A stretch of 64,000 nt of DNA from Firmicutes bacterium UBA7510 (GCA_002479485.1 DLNM01000013.1:28142-92141); one strand, 5' to 3'; counted from the stretch's first letter, positions 42,104-53,847 are shown. Notes: generated by a model from the sequence alone, not told the origin. Made by a program: numbers and translations.

Positions 42104-44287
42104 CTATTTTGTAGTTCTATAGATGTCTAGAACACCTTCAACCTTTTTAATTTTTTTAATTAAATCGTGTAATTGCTTAGTTTCATTAATTTCAAATGTG
42201 ATATCAATTACAGCTACTTTATCCTTATTAATTCTTAAATTCAACGAGGTCGCATTAAGACGTGCATCATTATATAAACCAGTTATATCTTGTAATAGCT
42301 TAGGTCTATCAATGGCCTTTATTTGTATTTCACTTAAGAAAGTGCCCTTCTTACCGTTATCCCACTCAACCTCAATAAATCTTTCATCCTCAGTATCATT
42401 TAAATCATGAATATTTGTGCAATCGGCTCTATGAACAGAAACACCTCTTCCTCTAGTTATAAAGCCAACTATCGCATCGCCTGGAACTGGGTTACAGCAT
42501 CTTGACAATCTAACCTTTACATTGTCAATACCTCTAATAATTACACCCGAGGCATGCCTTTCACTTCTCATTTGAGTAGATTTATCAACAATAGAATCTT
42601 TTTTGTTTAATTTATCTAAATCAATTTTATCTTTGTTTTTCTCTACATAAATTGATTTTAGTCTTGTAAATATTTGATTTTCAGTAATTGAACCAGTAGA
42701 AATAGCTGCATATAAATTTTCAACAGTATATAAATTATACTTATCAGCACACTGTTTTATCCATTCATCTTTAAGAATATCATTAATTGCAAAACCTTGC
42801 TTTTTAATTTCTCTTTCTAGAAGCTCTCTACCCTTTTCAACATTAAACTCTTTGTCTTTTTCTTTAAAATATTTTTTAATTTTAGCCTTAGCTTGACTAC
42901 TAGCAACAATTTTTAGCCAATCTCTGCTTGGTCCATTACTGTTTGCAGATGTTAATATCTCAATCTTATCTCCAGTTTTTAACTTATAATCAAGAGGCAC
43001 TATTCTTCCGTTAATTTTTGCACCAACACATTTGTTTCCTATAGCACTGTGTACTCTATAGGCAAAATCAACTGGAGTAGATCCAGAAGGAAGATTAATT
43101 ACTTCTCCTTTTGGCGTAAAAACAAAAACCTCATCAGAATATAGGTCAACCTTTAAATTTTCCATAAATTCTTCAGGATCATTAGTTTCCTGCTGCCACT
43201 CTAGCATCTGTCTAAGCCAGTTTAATTTTTCATCAAAATTACTCTCTTCATCAATTCCCTCTTTATATTTCCAGTGTGCTGCAATACCAAACTCAGCCGT
43301 TCTGTGCATTTCAAGAGTTCTAATTTGTATCTCAAATGGTTCTCCATCTGGTCCTATAACTGTAGTATGAAGGGATTGATACATATTAGGCTTAGGCATA
43401 GCAATATAATCTTTAAATCTGCCTGGGATTGGCTTCCACATAGTATGAACTATACCTAAAGCTCCATAACAATCTCTTACAGAATCAACAATAATCCTTA
43501 CAGCCGTAATATCGTAAATTTGTTCAAAGGGTTTATTTTTATAATACATTTTCTTATAAATGCTGTACAAACTTTTTGGTCTACCTGTAACCTCTACATT
43601 TTCAAGATGGGCTTCTACTAGTTTTTGCTTGATTATATCAACTATACTTTTAATAAACTCTTTTCTTTCTTCATTTTTTTCGCTTACTTTTTTAACTAAA
43701 TCGTCATAGCCTTCTCTGTCAATATATTTTAAGGATGTATCTTCTAATTCCCATTTAATTGATGCCATACCAAGTCTATTAGCTATAGGAGCATAAATTT
43801 CTAATGTTTCCATAGCCTTTTGCTTTTGCTTTTCTACAGGCATATATTCAAGAGTTCTTATATTATGCAATCTATCGGCAAGCTTAATAATGACTATTCT
43901 AATATCTTTAGACATTGCAATAATCATCTTTCTTAAGCTCTCAGCTTGACGCTCTTCTTTAGTCCTATATTTTACCTTGCTTAACTTAGTAACACCATCA
44001 ACCATATCAGCTATCTCAGTGCCAAATTCTCTTTGAATATCATCATAAGTTTTACCGGTATCCTCAACAACGTCATGCAAAAGTCCCGCTGCAATAGTCT
44101 GTACATCCATATGCATATCACAAAGTGTAATAGCAACGCTATATGGATGTATGAAGTATCTTTCACCAGATAAACGCATTGGTGCTGTTGAGTGAGCCAT
44201 TTCAGCATAAGTATATGCCTTAACAACTACACCAATATCAGCCGAAGGATTATATGATTCAATTCTGTTAATAATATTCTCTATCAT
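42104..44287 (-). CDS. relA: Bifunctional (p)ppGpp synthetase/hydrolase Rel
   Basis: HD (LLHDVVED), synthetase (GRPKSLYSI, YQSLHT, EIQIRT), TGS, CC and ACT domains. Confidence 0.97.
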   Translation of the reverse strand: MIENIINRIESYNPSADIGVVVKAYTYAEMAHSTAPMRLSGERYFIHPYSVAITLCDMHMDVQTIAAGLLHDVVEDTGKTYDDIQREFGTEIADMVDGVTKLSKVKYRTKEERQAESLRKMIIAMSKDIRIVIIKLADRLHNIRTLEYMPVEKQKQKAMETLEIYAPIANRLGMASIKWELEDTSLKYIDREGYDDLVKKVSEKNEERKEFIKSIVDIIKQKLVEAHLENVEVTGRPKSLYSIYKKMYYKNKPFEQIYDITAVRIIVDSVRDCYGALGIVHTMWKPIPGRFKDYIAMPKPNMYQSLHTTVIGPDGEPFEIQIRTLEMHRTAEFGIAAHWKYKEGIDEESNFDEKLNWLRQMLEWQQETNDPEEFMENLKVDLYSDEVFVFTPKGEVINLPSGSTPVDFAYRVHSAIGNKCVGAKINGRIVPLDYKLKTGDKIEILTSANSNGPSRDWLKIVASSQAKAKIKKYFKEKDKEFNVEKGRELLEREIKKQGFAINDILKDEWIKQCADKYNLYTVENLYAAISTGSITENQIFTRLKSIYVEKNKDKIDLDKLNKKDSIVDKSTQMRSERHASGVIIRGIDNVKVRLSRCCNPVPGDAIVGFITRGRGVSVHRADCTNIHDLNDTEDERFIEVEWDNGKKGTFLSEIQIKAIDRPKLLQDITGLYNDARLNATSLNLRINKDKVAVIDITFEINETKQLHDLIKKIKKVEGVLDIYRTTK

Positions 44288-44338
44288 AAAAGTTCACCCT
44301 TAAATCATGTTATGTTTAAAGGTTGGATTAACCAACCT

Positions 44339-44851
44339 TTAATATTTTATCAATGATTCAACCTTATATTCTGAAAGTTTTTCTCTACCATTTAAATCTT
44401 CAAGCTCAATTAAAAATCCTAATCCAACTACATTGCCACCTAGTTCCTTAACAAGCTTAGCAGTTGCACTCATAGTTCCACCTGTTGCTAACAAATCATC
44501 AACAATCAGTACATTTTGACCCTCTTTAATAGAATCCTTATGTATCTCTAAAGAGTCAGTACCATATTCTAAATTATAGGTAAATCTAAGTGTTTCTGCA
44601 GGTAATTTTCCTGGTTTTCTAACTGGAACAAACCCAGCACCTAATATATAAGCTATAGGAGTAGCAAATATAAATCCTCTTGATTCAGGACCAACAACAA
44701 TATCAATATTACAGTCTTTAAATTTTTCTACTAATTCATCAATACATTCTTTGAAACTCTCTCCATCCTTAAGCATGGTTGTTATATCTTTAAAACTAAT
44801 TCCTTTAGTTGGAAAATCATCAATTACTCTTATTTTATCCTTTAAGCTCAT
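44339..44851 (-). CDS. apt: Adenine phosphoribosyltransferase
   Basis: [33 protein letters not shown]. Confidence 0.97.
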   Translation of the reverse strand: MSLKDKIRVIDDFPTKGISFKDITTMLKDGESFKECIDELVEKFKDCNIDIVVGPESRGFIFATPIAYILGAGFVPVRKPGKLPAETLRFTYNLEYGTDSLEIHKDSIKEGQNVLIVDDLLATGGTMSATAKLVKELGGNVVGLGFLIELEDLNGREKLSEYKVESLIKY

Positions 44852-44883
44852 TTTTCCCTCCACTACTTTAAAAAAAGTAAAAA

Positions 44884-46800
44884 TTACTTTTTAATATAAA
44901 GTATATCATTTTTTAATATATATTCTATTTTATTTTCATTCTTTAAAATACATGCTATATCGCTTGCTGTAAAATCAATATTGTAAAGCCTACTTATACT
45001 ATCGGCAAAGTCAAATATATCGGTTTTAATAATTTTTGATTTAGTTTTATTTATTATTGAATATACTATTTTTGACTTATTATCGTCAATAATTTGTTTT
45101 TCAAAAACATAATCTTCTATATCTTGAAGAATCAGCTGCAAATCTACATTGCCTCTAAATTCATTTTCTGTAATGTTAACAACTAAGGCTTGGGGATTTA
45201 GAAGAATTTTCTCTAAAAGCCTTATTTTATCAAAACCAATTACTTTTATTGAAACATTCTTATTTTTAATTGAAAAGCTTATATGTTTTTTATCTTTACC
45301 TACTCTTTTAATGTCAGATATGCTAAAATCAACAACTGCAAAGATTGGTTTAGGGTTACCATGTCCAAATGGTTCAAACTTGCATATTTCTTTATATAAG
45401 CATTCATTTATCTCATCAATATTAATATAAGAATCGACATTTACAATTTTTTGAATCTCTTTTTTATCTATTATTTTATCAACATATTTATTTAACTCAA
45501 CTGATAATTCGTTAATTGATAATTTTTTTAGTGTAAGCCCAGCCGCTAACTTATGTCCACCAAATTTAACTAAAAGATGACTAACACTCTTTAATGCCTC
45601 AAAAATATTCAGGTATTCAAGACTTCTAGCAGATGCTTTACCCATATCATCTTTAACCGAAATTACTATAGAAGGCTTGTCATATTTTTCAGTTAATCTA
45701 GAAGCTACTATGCCTAGGACTCCTTCATGCCAGTCATTTCCACTTACTACTATAACATGCTTTTTATATAAAAAGTCCTTTTCAATTTTTTCAACAGCTT
45801 CATTAAATATTGCTTGCTCAGTTTGCTTACGGAATATATTAAAATTTTCTAATTCATCTGCCAAACGCTCAGCTTCAATTTCATCCTTAGATAATAATAA
45901 TTCAATTGCTTTTTTAGCATTATCCATTCTACCTGCAGCATTAATTCTAGGAGCCAAAATATAACCTATATGAAAAGCCTCAATAACTCTATCACCAATT
46001 CCTGCTTTTTCAATAAGTTTTTTAACTCCAATTAACTTTGATTTATTGATATTTTTAAGACCGTTAAATGTAATAATTCTATTATCTTCTATTAAATCAA
46101 CTATATCAGCTATGGTTCCTAGACAGGCAAGTTCAAGCAAGATATCTTCTATATCATTAATTTTTAAATACCTATTTAAATGCAATAAAAATTTATAGCT
46201 TAATCCTGAAGCACAAAGGTTTTTATTTTTTGAAGGACAATCGCTTTGCTTTGGATTTATTACTGCATATGCTCTAGGTATTACTTCACCGCATTGATGA
46301 TGATCTATTAATATTGTATCAATACCGCATGAGTTAATTCTATCAATAGAATCGACCTCTGATATACCGCAATCTACTGTTATAAGTAAATTTATGTCCA
46401 TACTATCGACTTTATTTAAAAAATCCTCACTTATACCATAGCCTTCAGTTTCCCTTTCAGGAACATAATAATTTACATTTGCACCGGCTTTATTTAGATA
46501 TAATATGAATTGACTAATTGAAGTTGTCCCGTCAACATCATAATCCCCATAAATTAATATATTCTCTTTTTTTTCTAATGCTCGCAATATTCTTTTACAT
46601 CCCTTATCTACATCTTTAAAATTATCTGTATTTTCTAGATATTTAAACTCAGGATCTAAAAAATTATTAATATCTTCTACTGTACTCAAACCTCTATTTA
46701 ATAGTATCTTAGCAGATATTTCAGTTAAGCCAAAAGTGCTACTTATAAGCTTAATTTTTTCATCAGTAAAACTATTAACTTTCAGCTTGACCTTTTTCAT
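44884..46800 (-). CDS. recJ: ssDNA exonuclease RecJ
   Basis: [32 protein letters not shown]. Confidence 0.95.
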   Translation of the reverse strand: MKKVKLKVNSFTDEKIKLISSTFGLTEISAKILLNRGLSTVEDINNFLDPEFKYLENTDNFKDVDKGCKRILRALEKKENILIYGDYDVDGTTSISQFILYLNKAGANVNYYVPERETEGYGISEDFLNKVDSMDINLLITVDCGISEVDSIDRINSCGIDTILIDHHQCGEVIPRAYAVINPKQSDCPSKNKNLCASGLSYKFLLHLNRYLKINDIEDILLELACLGTIADIVDLIEDNRIITFNGLKNINKSKLIGVKKLIEKAGIGDRVIEAFHIGYILAPRINAAGRMDNAKKAIELLLSKDEIEAERLADELENFNIFRKQTEQAIFNEAVEKIEKDFLYKKHVIVVSGNDWHEGVLGIVASRLTEKYDKPSIVISVKDDMGKASARSLEYLNIFEALKSVSHLLVKFGGHKLAAGLTLKKLSINELSVELNKYVDKIIDKKEIQKIVNVDSYINIDEINECLYKEICKFEPFGHGNPKPIFAVVDFSISDIKRVGKDKKHISFSIKNKNVSIKVIGFDKIRLLEKILLNPQALVVNITENEFRGNVDLQLILQDIEDYVFEKQIIDDNKSKIVYSIINKTKSKIIKTDIFDFADSISRLYNIDFTASDIACILKNENKIEYILKNDILYIKK

Positions 46801-47239
46801 TATTTTCTTCTAAATATGCATAATCAGTATCATTTATTTCAGTTTTATTAACAATACTTTTTTCTGTCTCTTTACATTTTTTATCATATTCTTCTTTTAA
46901 TTTTGTTAGCTCTAATTTCACTTCATTTCTTTCATCAGTTAGTATCTGAATTTCATTTTCATAGCTTGATACACTTTTATGCATATCCATATTTTCCGAC
47001 TCAATAAGCTTAATTTTATTCTTCAGCTCTTTAGTGATTGAGAAATGTTTAAATTGCCTAATACTGCCTAGTATAGCCGCAACTATAGCACCTACTACTG
47101 TAGAAATTATTATTACAATAGCCTGTGACACTTGAAAGCTCGCAAAAAACAAGTCAATTGTTACTACACTTCCATTTTGTATTGCAAATATAGCAATTAA
47201 TAATGAAATAATTAATGCAAGAATAAATCCAAATTGCAT
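46775..47239 (-). CDS. LapA/DUF1049 family membrane protein
   Basis: IFAIQN..V.I..F, two TMs, coiled-coil tail. Confidence 0.8.
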   Translation of the reverse strand: MQFGFILALIISLLIAIFAIQNGSVVTIDLFFASFQVSQAIVIIISTVVGAIVAAILGSIRQFKHFSITKELKNKIKLIESENMDMHKSVSSYENEIQILTDERNEVKLELTKLKEEYDKKCKETEKSIVNKTEINDTDYAYLEENNEKGQAES

Positions 47240-47372
47240 ATTTATCTCCTCTCTAAATTTATAAAATTTTATTTAATCATGTGTATTATACTATACTACA
47301 GCAATACATTTCAATATTATTTTATAATATTGTTTAATATCATTAATTTATATTAAAAATATAATTATAAAA

Positions 47373-47412
47373 AAAATTCAAACTATTTAAAAAATGAAAT
47401 AGTTTGAATTTT
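47373..47412 (-). terminator. Terminator after scfB
   Basis: AAAATTCAAACTATTT..AAATAGTTTGAATTTT. Confidence 0.75.
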
Positions 47413-47431
47413 AGAGCTATATATTTAATTA

Positions 47432-48763
47432 TTACATTTGAGATTTAATAAAAATTGAACACTCTACTCTTTTTTTCTCAAGCTCACAGCCTACAGTATA
47501 AGGTTCTCTAATATTATTATTAAAGTTAAATGCGTTAGCATGGCATCCACCACTGCAATAGTATTTTGCCCAGCACTCTTTACATTTTTCTTTATTGTTA
47601 ACAGTTACAGATTTAAAATCATCAACTAAATCAGTTCTAACTACACCTTCGTCAACATTTCCGATTATAAATCTTTCATCACCAACAAACTGATGGCATG
47701 GATAAAAATGTCCTTCCGGAGTAACAGCTAAGTATTCAACACCCGCTCCACAGCCTATAGAGCGTTTGAAAATACATGGACCATTATCTAAGTCTATGTT
47801 AAAATGGAAAAAGTCAAAGCCATTATCCTTATTTTTGTTAGCTTCAATATAATATCTTGCTAATTTTTCATATTCATTTTTTAACATATCAACGTGATTT
47901 TCTGTTAAAGCATAAGACTCTTTAGGACTTGCTACAACTGGCTCAACTGAAATACTATCAAAACCTAAACCGTGTAAATGCTTAACATCTTCTGAAAAAT
48001 CAAGATTGTTAGAAGTGAATGTGCCTCTTACAAAATAGCTTTTACCATTTCTCTTACTAACTAGATTTTTAAAATTTTTCACTATCATATCGTAGCTGCC
48101 CTTATCATTTACAGTTTTACGCATTTTATCATTAATTTCTTTTCTTCCGTCGATACTTAAAACTACATTGTCCATGTTTTCATTAATAAAATCTATCTTT
48201 TCATCATCTAAAAGCACGCCATTTGTTGTAATTGTAAATCTAAAATGTTTGTTGTATTCTTTTTCAAGACTTTTTCCATATGCTACAAGATCTTTTACAA
48301 CATCAAAGTTCATAAGTGGCTCACCACCAAAGAAGTCAACCTCAAGATTAACTCTGTTACCTGAGTTTTTCACTAGATAATTAAATGCTTTTTTACCAAC
48401 CTCAAGGCTCATCATGTTTTTAGCGCCCTTAAAGTTTCCTTGAGATGCAAAGCAATATTCGCATTTAAGGTTGCAATCATGTGCTATATTTAAACACATT
48501 GCCTTTACTGCCGTTTTCATATTTTTATTAACTTCTATATTGTCAGTATAAAGCATTTTATTTTCTATAAGCTCATTAATCTCAACTAATGCCTCATCTA
48601 CGCTGTCCTTACCGAATTCTACATATAATTTATTTAAACAAGTCTCATCCTTAAAGTTGTCATTTTCCAATAATTTATACGTTATTTCATCTAGTATATG
48701 TATGCATCCACTGTTTGTATCTACACAAGAGTATACATCATCAATTTTAAATAAATGTACCAT
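47432..48763 (-). CDS. scfB: SCIFF (ranthipeptide) radical SAM/SPASM maturase
   Basis: CLNIAHDCNLKCEYCFA, DFFGGEP, GCGAG, PCHQF, C..CWAKYYCSGGC; start MVHLFK at 48763 with SD GGAGG. Confidence 0.95.
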   Translation of the reverse strand: MVHLFKIDDVYSCVDTNSGCIHILDEITYKLLENDNFKDETCLNKLYVEFGKDSVDEALVEINELIENKMLYTDNIEVNKNMKTAVKAMCLNIAHDCNLKCEYCFASQGNFKGAKNMMSLEVGKKAFNYLVKNSGNRVNLEVDFFGGEPLMNFDVVKDLVAYGKSLEKEYNKHFRFTITTNGVLLDDEKIDFINENMDNVVLSIDGRKEINDKMRKTVNDKGSYDMIVKNFKNLVSKRNGKSYFVRGTFTSNNLDFSEDVKHLHGLGFDSISVEPVVASPKESYALTENHVDMLKNEYEKLARYYIEANKNKDNGFDFFHFNIDLDNGPCIFKRSIGCGAGVEYLAVTPEGHFYPCHQFVGDERFIIGNVDEGVVRTDLVDDFKSVTVNNKEKCKECWAKYYCSGGCHANAFNFNNNIREPYTVGCELEKKRVECSIFIKSQM

Positions 48764-48832
48764 TAATTTATTATCCTCCAAAATTTATTAGTTAACCAAA
48801 ATAAAAAGTAGTGGTAGATAACCACTACAAAT

Positions 48833-48973
48833 TTATTTGTTTTCGCACTTTTGATTACCTACAGTACAAGATGTCTTACATGCTGACTGACAAGATGTTT
48901 GACATTCACCGCAGCCTTTGTGGTTTATATTATCTGTAAGTTTAGTCTTGTTTAATGTTTTAATGTGTTTCAT
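48833..48973 (-). CDS. scfA: SCIFF precursor peptide (46 aa)
   Basis: MKHIKTLNKTKLTDNINHKGCGECQTSCQSACKTSCTVGNQKCENK; not in the ORF track. Confidence 0.97.
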   Translation of the reverse strand: MKHIKTLNKTKLTDNINHKGCGECQTSCQSACKTSCTVGNQKCENK

Positions 48974-48984
48974 AATATCCTCCC

Positions 48985-49070
48985 ATTGTGCCACGTAGTG
49001 GCATTATAAATGTAAATGAAAAATCGTTTTTTTGATTTTTCCATAGTGTGAAGTGTTTTTTTCACACTAT
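48985..49070 (-). repeat. Modular hairpin element, copy C (before the scfA SD)
   Basis: ATAGTGTGAA..TTCACACTAT, GAAAAATC-A7C-GATTTTTC, TGCCAC-TAC-GTGGCA-CAAT-GGGAGG; flanked by direct repeat GGAGGATA. Confidence 0.85.
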
Positions 49071-49177
49071 CCTCCTAAGACAACTTTATCAACCTATAGA
49101 TTATAACATGCAATTTACAAAATATAAAGAACTTTTTTTATAAACAATATTGTTTAACAATAGCTTTGAAATACTGC

Positions 49178-49525
49178 TTATTTTATATTAACTCCCAATA
49201 TACCTCCCATTATTGCAACTGGTATAAAAATTAAATGCTTGATTATATTTATATCAGTACCTTGCAACATTGTATATTTAAGTATACTTATAATTAAAAA
49301 ATATACAGCCCAAACCTCTAACCCTCTCAAAAGTCCCTTTTCTTTGGTTTTTCTTGCATATAAAATTGATACTAGAAAAATGCTTATTGGTGCAATAAAG
49401 CTATATGCATAGTTTAGTATTTTGTTATAGCTAAAAAAGTATGTAAAAAGTGACATAACTAAAAACAATATAAGAATAAGAGCTATTAAAACTACTGAAT
49501 ATTTTAGTAAATAAGAAATCTTCAT
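49178..49525 (-). CDS. TIGR04086-like membrane protein
   Basis: Four TMs, KEKGLL.G, GGILGVN end; usual neighbour of scfA. Confidence 0.8.
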   Translation of the reverse strand: MKISYLLKYSVVLIALILILFLVMSLFTYFFSYNKILNYAYSFIAPISIFLVSILYARKTKEKGLLRGLEVWAVYFLIISILKYTMLQGTDINIIKHLIFIPVAIMGGILGVNIK

Positions 49526-49678
49526 AATTACCTCCATAAAATTTGAGAAAAAACGCTTTTTTCCCCTAATAAAATATATTGTAAAAATATTTTTTTATGC
49601 AGAAAAAGAAAAATGTATGAAAATACTTTTGAGGTAAAGTTTTTCATACATTCTTTTTGTGGTTTATTAGCCTTTTTT

Positions 49679-51037
49679 TTAATCTTCTATATCTTCTATA
49701 ATTTTCATTTTTGTATTCGCCGATAGTTTATTATTTAAAAACAAATCCTTGAAAAAATATTTCATAAATATTGTAACGCTGACTACTAAGCAAATAATCT
49801 CTGATACTGTTGTTGAAATCCAAATACCTGTATCCCCGAAAATATTGACCATAATAAACAATGAAGCTGCAATAATTATAAGTCCTCTCCCTAAAGAGAT
49901 AATCATGGCATATTTAGGTTTTTCAACTGCTGAATAAAAACCTGATAAAACAATATTAAATCCTAGAATTAAAAATGCCGGTGCATATATTCTTAACGAT
50001 TTAACAGAATAGCTTAATAGTTCAACTTCTTCCTTATCTATAAAGAATCTACTTATTGGCTCTGCAAATATTGTACTTATTGCATATGCCGCTAGTGATA
50101 ATATACCTATAGTTTTTACTGCTAATTTAAAATAATAAGTAAATGAAGCCTTATCACCCTTACCATAGTTATAACTTACAAGTGGTTGCATACCTTGAGA
50201 AACAGCAATCATAGTCATTAATATTAAAGTATTGACATACGAAATTACTGTATAAGTAACTACTCCTATTTCACCTATTAATAAAAGTATAGTTCTGTTA
50301 AACATAAAAATTGTTATACCTGCTGACAATTCTGTAATAAAATCTGGAATTCCTACTAAAAATGCTCTTTTAATTGTGGAAAAGTCTACTTTGAATTTTA
50401 CAAATCCGAGCTTTGATTTTTTTCCTAAAAAGTGAATAAAGAATAGAGTTGTAGAAAACATTTGTGATAAGCCTGTTGCATAGGCTGCACCTTTTACTCC
50501 AAAACCTAATTTTATAACAAAAATATAGTCAAGTACTATGTTACAAACAGCTGCTGTACAAACTCCTATTGTTGCAAGCTTTGGAAATCCATCAACCTTT
50601 ACCAAAACTTCCATATAATAAGATAACATTGGGAAGCAACTAAATCCTAGTATTATTGTTAAATAATCCTTAATATAAGTGGCAGTGTATTCTGTAGCTC
50701 CTAAAAAGCTTACTATTCTGTCTATATTAAGAAAACATATAACAACAAATGCAGTTCATGTGGCAAATAATATACCCATGTTCATGGTGAAAGTTTCTTT
50801 TGCTTTTTTCAAATCACCTTTACCGAGAAAAATTGATGTTACCGTTGAAGTTCCAATAGCAAATAATATTGAAACCGCAAATATTGTATTAATCATTGGC
50901 ATTGACAAATTAACTGCTGCTAACGCATACTCACCAACGCCCTTAGCAACAAATATACCATCGGCCATAGTGTATAAAGAATACACCCACATTGCTGCTA
51001 CTGAAGGCACCACATACTTTAAAAAAGTTTTTTTCAT
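49679..51037 (-). pseudogene. MATE efflux transporter interrupted by an in-frame TGA
   Basis: The ORF-track pieces 50756..51046 and 49679..50629 are in one frame with a single stop (50758-50756); full length 452 codons; SLYTMADGIFV, NIVLDYIF, GAAYAT. Confidence 0.85.
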
Positions 51038-51057
51038 TGATATCACCTCTGTTTATA

Positions 51058-51088
51058 ATTCTAAACTATAGCACCGTACCAATGTCAA
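51058..51088 (-). promoter_or_regulatory. MerR-type promoter of the MATE gene
   Basis: TTGACA-19 bp-TAGAAT with an imperfect dyad in the spacer. Confidence 0.55.
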
Positions 51089-51144
51089 TACTTTTTTTCA
51101 AAATAATTTTTTAAATAGGTTTATTATAAATAAACATTTTTAAA

Positions 51145-53847
51145 TTATAAAAATTTACCAATCTCTTCTTTTGTTGCCCTAATTCTTAAAAATGATTTTC
51201 TCATCAAATCTATAGGTATAACAATGAAGGCAAACAAAAACGCGATTCTAAATTCTGTAAATGTAAGTCCAAATGCTCTAAAAACACTACCACCATTGTA
51301 AATTAAGAAGGTTTGAGTAATAAATACCATTGTCATAATAATTACAAATGCTTTATTTCTCATAATATGAGAAAATAGATTTAACCTTTGAGTTCTAGCA
51401 TTTAAGCTATTAAATACGGCAGAGAACATAAAAAATGCAAAGAAACCTGTTAATAAATATCTATCATCTGGAGCACTTCTAAACAAATCCTTAATCGCTG
51501 GACACTTTAAAAAAGCTATGCTCATAATTGTAGTATATAATCCTGAAAAAAATATTTGACTAGCCATATATTTATTTATTATTTTTTCATCTCTTTTTTT
51601 CGGAACCTCTTCCATATACTCTGGCAACGGAGCTTCACCAGAAAAGGCAAGACCAGCCAATGTATCCATAACCATATTTATCCAAAGCATTTGAACAACT
51701 GTAATTGGAGCTTCTATTCCAATAAATTGACCAATAACGGATATTCCAACCGCGCACACATTTATAGATAATTGAAATATAATAAACTTTCGTATACTTT
51801 TAAATATTGTTCTACCATATAAAATAGCTTTTGTTATAGATAAGAAATTATTATCTAATATAATTATATCACTTGCGTCTTTAGCAATTTCAGTACCACT
51901 TCCCATTGCAAAACCAACATCAGCCTTTTTTAATGCTGGTGCATCATTAACTCCATCTCCAGTCATCCCGACAACTAACCCTAAATCCTGCGATAATCTA
52001 ACTAATCGACTTTTATCACTAGGTAGAGCACGAGCTACTACCCTTAATGAAGGTATTAGTTTTTTTACTTTTTCATTACTCATTTTATTTAATTCTTCTG
52101 AGGTTATAATACAATCTTTATCATTTTCATCTGCTAACCCAAGTTCCAAGGCAATGGCTGTAGCTGTATCTTTAGCATCTCCAGTTATCATTATAACTTG
52201 AATACCTGCTTTTTTTGCCATAATAATGCTGTCCTTAGCGCTTAATCTAACTTCATCTTTAATAGCAATTACTCCAACAAGAGTTAATTCAGAAAATCGC
52301 TGACCTTCTTTAATTGGTGTGTTGGAAGTAGCAAATACTAGAACTCTTATACCCTTTGATGAAAGCTCCTTAATTCGTTGATTAATGACAAAAATATTAT
52401 TAAATTCTTTTTTGTTTCCTTCTTCATCATAGCATGAAGTACAATAAGGTAATATTTTTTCCGGAGCTCCCTTTATAAGTGATAAGTTTAAATCTCCTGC
52501 AATATGAGTTACAGCGTATTTATTTTCACTTTTAAACGGTATACTATATATTTTCTTTATATTTAAATTATCTAAAGAATGTCTCATAGCAAACTCAAAA
52601 ATTGCTTTATCTGTTGAATTACCGCCTACTATTACTTTTTTTCCATCTTCATGGCCAATTTGAGCACTATTATTATAAATAGATGAAATAAAAAAAATCT
52701 TCCACAGTTCACTTTTTTGTTTTAGCAAATACGAGCTATCAAACTCATTATTATCACCTGTTATAAAACTATTTAGTCTAAGCTGTCCCGTAGTTAAAGT
52801 ACCAGTTTTATCTGTAAATAAAACATTTATACTTCCAGCAGTTTCTATACCTACTAGCTTTCTAACTAAAACATTATCCTTTATCATTCTTTTCATATTT
52901 GATGATAAAACAACCGTAATCATTAGCGGAAGCCCCTCAGGAACTGCAACAACAATAACAGTAACAGCAAAAATAACTGCTCTTAAGATATCCTTTATAA
53001 GAGCATAAGGAGTAAATATATATTGCATTATATTATATATATTAAACCCATTTTCAAATAGTATAGAGTTAAACAATGTTGCAAAAAACACAAGCACAGC
53101 ACCAATATAACCAAATCTACTTATAGTAGTCGCCAAATCAGTCAATCTCTTTTTTAATGGACTATCTTGTTTTTCCTCTTGTAATTCTTTAGCTAAATTC
53201 CCGTAAAAAGTATTGTCTCCAACTGACTGTATTAATAAAATTCCTTCTCCTTGGCATACTATGCTTCCGCTAAATAACATATTAGGATTTAACAAGCTTT
53301 TGTTATTAGTAGTTAAATTATTTGTATCAGGTACAGGCACCTTATGAACTTCCTCTGATTCACCATTTAATGCAGATTGATCTATGTCAACATAACCTTG
53401 TATTAGAACACCATCTGCTGGAACTTTATCACCTGGTTGAAGTTCCACTAAGTCACCAACAACTAATTCTTCAACAGTTATTTCAACTAAATCATTATCT
53501 CTCCAAACCTTACATTTTGTTTTTTTAGCATCTTCCATTAGTCTCTCGAATGCCAATTGACTCCCATATTCAGAAATTGTTGACACGAATGTAGCTAAAA
53601 TTATTGAAACTGCAATACCAATTGATTCAAACCAATTAAAATTTTTAATGAAAATTATAACATTTAAAAATAGCGCCACCAAAAGTATTTTTATAGTTGG
53701 ATCTCCAAAGCTTTCAAGATATTGTTTTAAAAAAGATTTGCTTTTTTTTCTTGTAATTTGATTGCTTCCATACTTTAATCTCGATTTTTTTACCTCTTCA
53801 TCACTAAGGCCATTAAAATTCTTTATCTGTTTTACTTCAATAGACAT
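51145..53847 (-). CDS. P-type (P2) Ca2+/cation-transporting ATPase
   Basis: VPEGLP, DKTGTLT, KGAPE, MTGDGVNDAPALK, NGES actuator variant. Confidence 0.93.
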   Translation of the reverse strand: MSIEVKQIKNFNGLSDEEVKKSRLKYGSNQITRKKSKSFLKQYLESFGDPTIKILLVALFLNVIIFIKNFNWFESIGIAVSIILATFVSTISEYGSQLAFERLMEDAKKTKCKVWRDNDLVEITVEELVVGDLVELQPGDKVPADGVLIQGYVDIDQSALNGESEEVHKVPVPDTNNLTTNNKSLLNPNMLFSGSIVCQGEGILLIQSVGDNTFYGNLAKELQEEKQDSPLKKRLTDLATTISRFGYIGAVLVFFATLFNSILFENGFNIYNIMQYIFTPYALIKDILRAVIFAVTVIVVAVPEGLPLMITVVLSSNMKRMIKDNVLVRKLVGIETAGSINVLFTDKTGTLTTGQLRLNSFITGDNNEFDSSYLLKQKSELWKIFFISSIYNNSAQIGHEDGKKVIVGGNSTDKAIFEFAMRHSLDNLNIKKIYSIPFKSENKYAVTHIAGDLNLSLIKGAPEKILPYCTSCYDEEGNKKEFNNIFVINQRIKELSSKGIRVLVFATSNTPIKEGQRFSELTLVGVIAIKDEVRLSAKDSIIMAKKAGIQVIMITGDAKDTATAIALELGLADENDKDCIITSEELNKMSNEKVKKLIPSLRVVARALPSDKSRLVRLSQDLGLVVGMTGDGVNDAPALKKADVGFAMGSGTEIAKDASDIIILDNNFLSITKAILYGRTIFKSIRKFIIFQLSINVCAVGISVIGQFIGIEAPITVVQMLWINMVMDTLAGLAFSGEAPLPEYMEEVPKKRDEKIINKYMASQIFFSGLYTTIMSIAFLKCPAIKDLFRSAPDDRYLLTGFFAFFMFSAVFNSLNARTQRLNLFSHIMRNKAFVIIMTMVFITQTFLIYNGGSVFRAFGLTFTEFRIAFLFAFIVIPIDLMRKSFLRIRATKEEIGKFL

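Noticed and set aside
50756..50758. Selenocysteine in the MATE transporter
   Set aside because: Lies in a hydrophobic TM with no redox motif and no clear SECIS hairpin; a nonsense mutation is simpler.
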